Positions 19,304 through 25,645 of a stretch of 32,000 bases of DNA are shown one piece after another. This DNA comes from Vibrio alginolyticus NBRC 15630 = ATCC 17749. GTDB lineage: Bacteria > Pseudomonadota > Gammaproteobacteria > Enterobacterales > Vibrionaceae. Position numbers and translations under genes: made by a program. The DNA lies in the NCBI RefSeq assembly GCF_000354175.2, contig NC_022349.1, forward strand, positions 1,590,001 through 1,622,000, read 5' to 3'. The notes under the pieces are model-generated. The model had not been told where the DNA came from, searched no databases, and saw nothing but the letters and a program-made list of their open reading frames with translations. The stretch's first letter is position 1, and each line of letters starts with the position of its first letter.

Positions 19304-20233
19304 ATGACTCTAAACAAAACAGGGCTTGCTTTAGCAATGTCAGCAATTTTATTTAGTGGCTCTCTAATCGCGAATGAGATCGATGATGGAGACGACAACA
19401 TGCAATGGACTGACAGCGCTAATACCGATATCGGTTTATCTGGCAGCTTCAATGATAACAGTGACAATAGCGCATCTCTCGGTGTTGGTGATAGCTTCAA
19501 CGACAACAGCGATAATAGTGCGTCACTAGGTATTGGTCATAGCTTCAACGACAACAGCGACACTGACAACAGTGCAACTCTTGGTGTTGATGACAGCTTT
19601 AATAACAACAGCGACAACTCAAACTCGAGCACTAACACAGCTCAAAGCCACAACGACAATAGTACGTCTAACGCTAACGACAACAGTACCAGTGCTGATC
19701 TTGATGTGAGCCTAAATAGTGATAGTAGTGATTCAAGTACTAACACAAATAGAAGCCACAACGACAACAGCGACTCTAGTACTACTGTAAGACGTAGCAA
19801 CAACGACAACAGTGACTCTAGTATCAACAGTAGCTTTAACGATAACAGCGATAATCGTAATCAAAGCGACAACCGTAACCAGAGTGATAACCGTAGCTAC
19901 GCTGATTCAAGCACAACAAACTCGAACAGCTTTAACGACAATAGTAACTATCAAAGTGACTCGAGCTCAACAAATGTTGATAGCTTCAATCAAGTCCATA
20001 TGGATACAGATATGGTTGTTGCGAGCTCAAGCCTAATGGGTGGTGTTACAGGTGCATCAGTTATTTATGCAACTAACGCGGATGATACTCGAGTTCGAGT
20101 TGAAAACATGAACACCCTTGGTGGTCTTGGTGGTGCGGCTGGTATTACTACCGTTGGTCAGAATGCTGGTTCAAATTCACTTGTACAACAATCTGTTACA
20201 ACTAATGCAAGTGTGTTTACTGGGGGTGAGTAA
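19304..20233 (+). CDS. Secreted N/D/S-rich repeat protein with Q/N/G-rich C-terminal motif (hypothetical; candidate fibre/matrix subunit)
   Basis: The RBS ggag lies 8 nt upstream. The signal peptide is MTLNKTGLALAMSAILFSGSLIA|NE. About 10 copies of S(F/H/N)N(D/N)NS(D) follow, then the C-terminal block LGGLGGAAGITTVGQNAGSNSLVQQSVTTNASV. Confidence 0.75.
   Translation: MTLNKTGLALAMSAILFSGSLIANEIDDGDDNMQWTDSANTDIGLSGSFNDNSDNSASLGVGDSFNDNSDNSASLGIGHSFNDNSDTDNSATLGVDDSFNNNSDNSNSSTNTAQSHNDNSTSNANDNSTSADLDVSLNSDSSDSSTNTNRSHNDNSDSSTTVRRSNNDNSDSSINSSFNDNSDNRNQSDNRNQSDNRSYADSSTTNSNSFNDNSNYQSDSSSTNVDSFNQVHMDTDMVVASSSLMGGVTGASVIYATNADDTRVRVENMNTLGGLGGAAGITTVGQNAGSNSLVQQSVTTNASVFTGGE
19445..19990 (+). 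repeat. In-frame degenerate tandem repeat array inside the 309-aa gene
   Basis: The first three units are clear at DNA level: 19445-19492 (48 nt), 19493-19540 (48 nt) and 19541-19594 (54 nt), each starting agcttcaa(t/c)ga(t/c)aacag(t/c)ga. Later units degenerate but keep the S-x-N-D-N-S core. Confidence 0.8.
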
Positions 20234-20253
20234 CCGACTAGTAGGAGAAAGCG

Positions 20254-20577
20254 ATGCGTTTGGCAATCTGTACTTTGAGTATGATAGTTGCCTGCACTGC
20301 ACTCGCTGATGACATTGCATTATCTGGCGGAGAAGTTAGCTTGGATATCATGAATGAATCAAGAGGTGGACAAAATGTTGAACTCGACTTGGTTTATGCA
20401 GAATCAGATATCAATGGTATTTCGTCAGATAATGTCGCGTCAAACACCGTGAGTGGTAACAATATACTATCAAGTGGAGCGTTCGCAGACAGTTCGGGTA
20501 TATCCAACGTAATTCAGAACAGCGGAAACAACGTTTTAATCCAGAACTCTACCGTCGTTAACCTGACACTCAAGTAA
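20254..20577 (+). CDS. Small secreted or lipidated protein ending in the shared Q/N/G motif (hypothetical; candidate nucleator/minor subunit)
   Basis: The RBS aggag lies 7 nt upstream. The N-terminus MRLAICTLSMIVAC fits a lipobox (I-V-A-C14), and an alternative SPase I site is TALA|DD. The C-terminus is SGISNVIQNSGNNVLIQNSTVVNLTLK. The gene starts 20 nt after the upstream gene. Confidence 0.65.
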   Translation: MRLAICTLSMIVACTALADDIALSGGEVSLDIMNESRGGQNVELDLVYAESDINGISSDNVASNTVSGNNILSSGAFADSSGISNVIQNSGNNVLIQNSTVVNLTLK

Positions 20578-20582
20578 ACAAT

Positions 20583-21260
20583 ATGAAAGTATTAAATAAC
20601 TTAATTTGGCTGATGCTCGTTTATTCAGCATCAGCCATTTCATTAGAACTGCTACCTTACCGAGCACATTACTCTGTTCCTGTTAAAAGCTACAAAGAAA
20701 TAGTGTTCGGTGATGTTTTTCGCCAACAGTATGACTTCAGCTGTGGCTCTGCCGCCCTGGCTTCTCTTCTCACTTTTCATTATGCAACAGAGTCATCTGA
20801 ACAAGATATCTTCAAAAGCATGTTTGAAAAAGGTGATAAAGAAAAAATCAAAGAGAAAGGTTTTTCTTTGTTGGATATGAAGTTTTACTTGGATTCCATA
20901 GGGTTACGTTCTGACGGCTTTCAAGTAGGACTGGAGAAAATTAAAGAAGTCGGCGTCCCTGGGATTACTCTCGTTAATTTCGACGGGTATATGCATTTTG
21001 TTGTCATCAGAGGTATAAACAATCACTCAGTTATTCTAGGAGACCCTTCTAGAGGAACCATGATAATGAAACTGGATGAGTTTGAAAAATATTACCAAGG
21101 AATTGTGTTACTGGTCCGTAACGAAGCGGAAATGGGAAGGTCTAGCTTTATAACCAATGATAATTTCACCGTATATCAAAGATCACCATTAAAAACAGGA
21201 GTGTCTAGAGATTCCTTAGGGGTATTTAGCATTACTCTCCCAGTTTCCGGTGAAAATTAA
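20583..21260 (+). CDS. Sec-exported stand-alone C39-family cysteine peptidase (FapD-like architecture)
   Basis: The signal peptide is MKVLNNLIWLMLVYSASA. The motifs are Q48-x5-C54 (QQYDFSCGSAALASLL), H138 (YMHFVVI) and D154 (ILGDPSRG). The H-to-D spacing of 16 and Q-to-C spacing of 6 match the ComA peptidase domain as I recall it. The gene starts 5 nt after the previous stop. No ABC-transporter domain is fused or adjacent. Confidence 0.85.
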   Translation: MKVLNNLIWLMLVYSASAISLELLPYRAHYSVPVKSYKEIVFGDVFRQQYDFSCGSAALASLLTFHYATESSEQDIFKSMFEKGDKEKIKEKGFSLLDMKFYLDSIGLRSDGFQVGLEKIKEVGVPGITLVNFDGYMHFVVIRGINNHSVILGDPSRGTMIMKLDEFEKYYQGIVLLVRNEAEMGRSSFITNDNFTVYQRSPLKTGVSRDSLGVFSITLPVSGEN

Positions 21261-21314
21261 TATAACATTGTTTTAAATAACTTTAAGAAATTAACAACCT
21301 GAAAGGCCTACATT

Positions 21315-21881
21315 ATGAACTACAATAAATTTTTGTTAGTGCTTTGTATGCTAATACCTCATTTTAATGTGAATGCTAAAGATGTTGGCCTGCAAGAACT
21401 TACTCCTCTTTCAAATTTATCTTTAGAAGAATATCGAGGTGGCTTCCAAATTACGGATGAGTATATTATTAATATTGGATTAAGCATTACTACGACTATA
21501 AATGGCGATGATATTTTGAACACAAACATTGCCAACTTAGTAATTGAAAATGGTAATTTAAAAAACATTAGCGCAAATAGTGAAAATCAAAGTGGAGATA
21601 TTTTCAACCAGGGTATTGTTAACATCATACAATTTGGTGAAGGAAATATTATTGGAGATGATTCTATAGATTCACCCAAAATGCCTTCGTCTCAAAATCC
21701 TAATATAATAAGTTCAGACTTTATAAATTCAAGTATTATCAATATTATTCAAAACACGAAAGATAACAGTATTATTGGACTTAGCACGCTCGTAGACATT
21801 GATGCTCAAGTAAATGGGGTAATACGGGAAATCAAAGCAAACCAACAATTAGAAGACGCCTTATTGAACCACCTTCAATGA
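21315..21881 (+). CDS. Secreted hypothetical protein with double-glycine-leader-like segment and two degenerate Q/N/G motifs
   Basis: The RBS aaagg is present. The signal peptide is MNYNKFLLVLCMLIPHFNVNA|KD, followed by LQELTPLSNLSLEEYRGG|F. It contains GIVNIIQFGEGNIIG and SIINIIQNTKDNSIIG. This is the most AT-rich gene of the operon. Confidence 0.62.
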   Translation: MNYNKFLLVLCMLIPHFNVNAKDVGLQELTPLSNLSLEEYRGGFQITDEYIINIGLSITTTINGDDILNTNIANLVIENGNLKNISANSENQSGDIFNQGIVNIIQFGEGNIIGDDSIDSPKMPSSQNPNIISSDFINSSIINIIQNTKDNSIIGLSTLVDIDAQVNGVIREIKANQQLEDALLNHLQ

Positions 21882-22064
21882 GCATTTCCATTTTTATCTG
21901 AAAAATTGTCACGTTAAGCTTCTTTGATATTAGAAACGACTGATATCTATGATTACATACCAAAAGAAAGGTAGATATATCAATAGGCCACCATCATTTT
22001 AAGAATATATACCTACTTTATCCAATATAATCCAATCAATTTATAATGCGAACACTAGGCGCTA

Positions 22065-22097
22065 ACGATAAATTAGGCCCAAGACTCAAGGGCCTAA
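22065..22097 (-). terminator. Rho-independent terminator downstream of the OM barrel gene
   Basis: The stem pairs ttaggccc (22073-22080) with gggcctaa (22090-22097). On the minus strand it is followed by TTTATCG. Confidence 0.6.
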
Positions 22098-22105
22098 TAT
22101 CCATT

Positions 22106-23101
22106 TTACAAATTAAAAGGTACTCGTACTGTTAATTGAAAGTCGGGAGTATCTTCTGTAAGACCAGCTTGAGCACTAACATTGATAGATGAGCGTTCAC
22201 TAAAGGCATAGTTTATACCAAAAGTTAATGCATCTAATTGAAGCAACTTAGCATCATCTGCCGATCTGCCATTTACTTTGCTTTTTAAAATAGTTTTATG
22301 GCTAAGTCCTAAAGAGAATGAAAGATCAGGATTCACCGCAAACCCCATTCCTCCTGAAAGAGAAATAGTGTCTCCAAGTTCAACATCAGCTTTTGTGTCG
22401 CCAACTGTAACAGTATCCTCTAAGTTATAAATATAACTTAGACTAGCGAACAAGACCGCAGGATCAACAGGGTGAATAAGAGATAAATTAGGCTCAAAAC
22501 TCCAAAAACCCGAACCTGTAGGGACATCACTAAATGAGTTGCTTCCATCTTCAATAGAAACATCATAAGGCGATCGTCCTGTATCCGACTTTACTCTAAG
22601 GCCACCTACCCAGTATGGCGCAGACTCAAAGTTAAACTGGTGCCTCAATGCGAACTCTACATCACCAAGCCCTCCGCCATCCACCGTTGTGTTTACTACT
22701 TCACTGTTTGAACCATCTTGAATGGGGCGCGTAGAAACTTGGTCATTACGATACACATACGGCACTCTAACTTCTAACTCTGTGGCGTTTGTTAAACCGT
22801 ACCGAGCAGTTAATCCAACGGTTACTGTAGTCCTATCCGAATCACTCACTTCAATTCGCCCAACAATCAGAGTTGGTAAGACTGTATACCCAACAACAGA
22901 TACTTTGTTTGAAGAGTTTTGTGTATAGCTTAAAGACGAATCAAATGACCATTTACCTTTAGGTGTGAGAACGCCTGGGCGCTCAATAACATCACCAACC
23001 GTTTGGGCGCGCTGAGGAATATCATCTCCTTCAGCACCATATGCATTCCCCGCAATGAATAAACTACAAAGATAGGTACCCAGTAAAGTCTTCCGTAACA
23101 T
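22106..23101 (-). CDS. Outer-membrane beta-barrel protein, 'transporter' / meta-pathway-phenol-degradation-like class (COG4313-like by appearance)
   Basis: I prefer the ATG at 23101 with the RBS AGGAAAG upstream; the track start at 23134 is a TTG. The signal peptide is MLRKTLLGTYLCSLFIAGNAYG|AEG. Amphipathic strands run throughout, with GGLGDVEFALRHQF and ELEVRVPYVYRND blocks that I associate with that barrel family. The family call needs HMM confirmation. Confidence 0.72.
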   Translation of the reverse strand: MLRKTLLGTYLCSLFIAGNAYGAEGDDIPQRAQTVGDVIERPGVLTPKGKWSFDSSLSYTQNSSNKVSVVGYTVLPTLIVGRIEVSDSDRTTVTVGLTARYGLTNATELEVRVPYVYRNDQVSTRPIQDGSNSEVVNTTVDGGGLGDVEFALRHQFNFESAPYWVGGLRVKSDTGRSPYDVSIEDGSNSFSDVPTGSGFWSFEPNLSLIHPVDPAVLFASLSYIYNLEDTVTVGDTKADVELGDTISLSGGMGFAVNPDLSFSLGLSHKTILKSKVNGRSADDAKLLQLDALTFGINYAFSERSSINVSAQAGLTEDTPDFQLTVRVPFNL

Positions 23102-23563
23102 CACATCTTTCCTTTTGCTGATGATCGTACCCAAGTAATCTCAGGCAATAGCTTGAGGTGAAGCTCCTAACTTTCCAAAGTAAGATTAGTATAGCTACTT
23201 CAAAACCACGACATACCTTTAAGTTTGGCGCTTTGAAGAAATTAGGAGACATTTATACTTATCTTCAACACTAAGCCACTAGTTAATAAATAATTAGGAT
23301 AGATTCTATGTTTTCGCAATATTATTAATAAAATAAATTGCTTACCTGTGCTCTTAGTATGAAGTCGATATGACATAACAGCTGAAAAGCCTGTTCTCTT
23401 TTGCGTAGCATCAATCACATTGCTTTTTTAGATCGAGTCGCTCCGACTTCAACCATAACTAACGCTATCTTCCCCACATATTTCATCAAAATGCATTCCC
23501 GTGTCGCGATTTAACATGCTAAAGTTAACAATGCGTTAACAATTATAAATACAATGAGAAGAC

Positions 23564-25270
23564 ATGGAGTCACTTAAAATGAATCAGCCGAATCTAAATA
23601 GCGCTGCTGGTTGCGCTCTCCCACCACCAAATGAAATGATCCTCAAATGGGCTCAAGAGCGTCCAAATGAGGTCTACCTAAAACAAATTATTAACCGACA
23701 ATTTGTTGAGTACACATTCTCTGATGTTGCAGATCAAGCCTTAAAACTTGTCAGCGCACTACGCTCACTTGGTGTAAAGCCTGGCGACAAAGTCGCATTA
23801 GTATCTAAAAACTGTGCAGAATGGTTTATTTGCGATCTTGCTATGATGCTTGGTGACTATGTCAGTGTGCCAATCTTTCCTACCGCCGGTGCAGACACCA
23901 TCGAATACTGTGTGACTCATAGTGAAAGTAAAGCGATCATTGGCGGAAAACTCGATGATCCCAAAGCAACTCAGCAAGTCATTGATGCTATGCCTGAACT
24001 CATTAGCATCGCTCTACCTTATGACACGGCACCAAAGTGTAAGCACGAATACCAAGCGCTCATTGCTGATGCAGTGCCAAGTAAAGAGCGTCCGCAGCAT
24101 TACGATGACAAGCTAATGTCGTTGGTGTATACCTCAGGCACATCAGGGTTACCGAAAGGCGCGATGCTAACTTACGGCGCATTCAGTTGGTCTGTTCAGC
24201 AACTGATCAATCATATTGGTATCCAAGAAAACGACCGATTGTTCTCTTATTTACCGCTCGCTCATATTACAGAGCGTGTTTATATCTTCGGTTCATCGAT
24301 TATGGGTGGCGTGCCAACAGCATTTCCAGAGTCACTGGACACTTTTATCGAAGATGTGAAGATGCACCGACCAACTCTGTTTATCTCCGTCCCACGATTA
24401 TGGACGCTATTCCAGCAACGTATTCAAGACAAACTTCCACAGAAGAAGCTCAATATTCTGTTGAAAATCCCATTCGTCAATTCTTTGATCAAGAAAAAGC
24501 TAGCAGATGGTCTAGGTTTAGATCAGGCTCGAGTATTAGGCTGTGGCTCTGCACCTGTCTCGCCAGCGCTGTTGGAATGGTACCACTCAGTGGGCCTTGA
24601 TATCACAGAGGCTTGGGGGATGACGGAATCATTTGCCTACTGCACGCTCAACTACCCATTTAGAGCTGACAAAATCGGTAGTGTCGGTAATGCAGGACCA
24701 GGCATTGAGTTAAAAATCGCAGCTGATGATGAAATCATGGTGCGTGGCAAAGGGCTATTTTCTGGCTACTACAAAAATGACATTGCCACCCAAGAGTCTT
24801 TTGATTCAGAGGGCTGGCTACACACAGGCGATATCGGCGCTATCGACTCAGATGGTTATCTAACGATTCAAGGCCGTAAAAAAGATAACTTCAAAACCGC
24901 CAAAGGTAAATTTGTCTCTCCGGTTCCTATCGAGAAAAAGCTTTTCGAGTACAGTCGCGTAGAGATGATGTGTCTCATCGGTTTAGGGCTACCCGCTCCG
25001 ATTCTTTTGGTTGTGCCACATGACTTCCCTAACTTTGATCGAGAGCGATACGCACGTACCACACGTAAAGTTATTGCCAGGATGAATCAAGAACTCGCCT
25101 CTCATGAGCAAATCAAAGGTGTGTTAATGATTAAAGAACCTTGGAGTATAGAAAATGGCGTACTGACGCCAACGCTTAAAATTAAACGTCATGTGCTCGA
25201 ACAAAAGTATCATGAGATAGGCCACAATTGGCCAAAAGATGAATTGGTCGTGTGGGAAGAAGACTTGTAA
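23564..25270 (+). CDS. AMP-dependent synthetase/ligase (long-chain acyl-CoA synthetase-like)
   Basis: It carries the adenylate-forming motifs YTSGTSGLPKGAMLTY, GWLHTGDIG and TPTLKIKR. An alternative start is the ATG at 23579 (MNQPNL). Confidence 0.88.
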   Translation: MESLKMNQPNLNSAAGCALPPPNEMILKWAQERPNEVYLKQIINRQFVEYTFSDVADQALKLVSALRSLGVKPGDKVALVSKNCAEWFICDLAMMLGDYVSVPIFPTAGADTIEYCVTHSESKAIIGGKLDDPKATQQVIDAMPELISIALPYDTAPKCKHEYQALIADAVPSKERPQHYDDKLMSLVYTSGTSGLPKGAMLTYGAFSWSVQQLINHIGIQENDRLFSYLPLAHITERVYIFGSSIMGGVPTAFPESLDTFIEDVKMHRPTLFISVPRLWTLFQQRIQDKLPQKKLNILLKIPFVNSLIKKKLADGLGLDQARVLGCGSAPVSPALLEWYHSVGLDITEAWGMTESFAYCTLNYPFRADKIGSVGNAGPGIELKIAADDEIMVRGKGLFSGYYKNDIATQESFDSEGWLHTGDIGAIDSDGYLTIQGRKKDNFKTAKGKFVSPVPIEKKLFEYSRVEMMCLIGLGLPAPILLVVPHDFPNFDRERYARTTRKVIARMNQELASHEQIKGVLMIKEPWSIENGVLTPTLKIKRHVLEQKYHEIGHNWPKDELVVWEEDL

Positions 25271-25338
25271 TTTTGCTTGCACTCCTCAACACCATTGGGG
25301 AGTGCAACTTAACTTTGAGCTTGAATCAAACTCATAAA

Positions 25339-25548
25339 CTACTCTCTCCAGAATGGCTTACTCACTTCACAACTAATCTCCCTTTCACCTAACCCAATAT
25401 CGTCCCAAAGGTGCTTTGGTAACTCTCTCAAGTGACGACGTGTCTTATAGTTCCTTCTCCAAGCCGCCAGTTTAGAATAAATTAACTGTAACCCGCTCTG
25501 ATGGGCAGTAGGTATAGTACGCTCACAAGTGTGTGTCATGTTTTCCAT
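25339..25548 (-). CDS. DUF1127-domain small protein
   Basis: It is 69 aa with the C-terminal pattern RRHLRELPKHLWDDIGLGEREI, typical of DUF1127 (L..L.D..L.DIGL.R.EI). Confidence 0.65.
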   Translation of the reverse strand: MENMTHTCERTIPTAHQSGLQLIYSKLAAWRRNYKTRRHLRELPKHLWDDIGLGEREISCEVSKPFWRE

Positions 25549-25645
25549 TTCAAAGATCCCTATACAATGTTGACCACTTAATAATCAGCGACTACGCTGA
25601 TATCCTCAAACGATAGAATCTGCCATAGAGTTAAGGAAAACTAAT

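Noticed and set aside
19445-19990. The tandem repeat read as a CRISPR array or as RTX calcium-binding repeats
   Set aside because: The units are contiguous with no unique spacers, in-frame and coding, so this is not a CRISPR array. The GGxGxD nonapeptide is absent and no type I secretion genes are nearby, so it is not RTX.
20216-20233. C-terminal ...FTGGE read as a GlyGly-CTERM/rhombosortase sorting signal
   Set aside because: GlyGly-CTERM requires a hydrophobic TM helix and basic tail after the GG. Here the protein ends one residue after GG.
19270-20309. Alternate-frame and antisense ORFs across the repeat gene (19270-19506 minus, 19642-19827 minus, 19812-20036 plus, 20118-20309 plus)
   Set aside because: These are artefacts of the low-complexity AAC/AGC/GAC-rich repeat, which stays open in several frames. 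Only the 19304 frame has an RBS, a signal peptide and the conserved C-terminal motif.
19304-20577. The motif proteins read as curli subunits CsgA/CsgB
   Set aside because: No csgE, csgF or csgG genes are present. The motif occurs once per protein rather than as five stacked curlin repeats. The C39 peptidase points away from the curli pathway.
19304-21881. The operon read as a class II bacteriocin/microcin cluster (C39 plus GG-leader peptides)
   Set aside because: There is no ABC exporter, accessory protein or immunity gene. The peptidase and all putative substrates carry Sec signal peptides. The proteins are large and low-complexity rather than small cationic peptides.
23524-23540. GTTAACaatgcGTTAAC upstream of the acyl-CoA-ligase-like gene read as a FadR or TetR-type operator
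   Set aside because: It does not resemble the FadR consensus. It consists of two self-palindromic hexamers in direct repeat rather than a true dyad. The evidence is insufficient.
24187-25062. Alternate-frame ORFs inside the ligase gene (23922-24116, 24187-24600, 24868-25062 minus)
   Set aside because: They are nested within a gene that has contiguous adenylate-forming enzyme motifs, and they have no independent signals.
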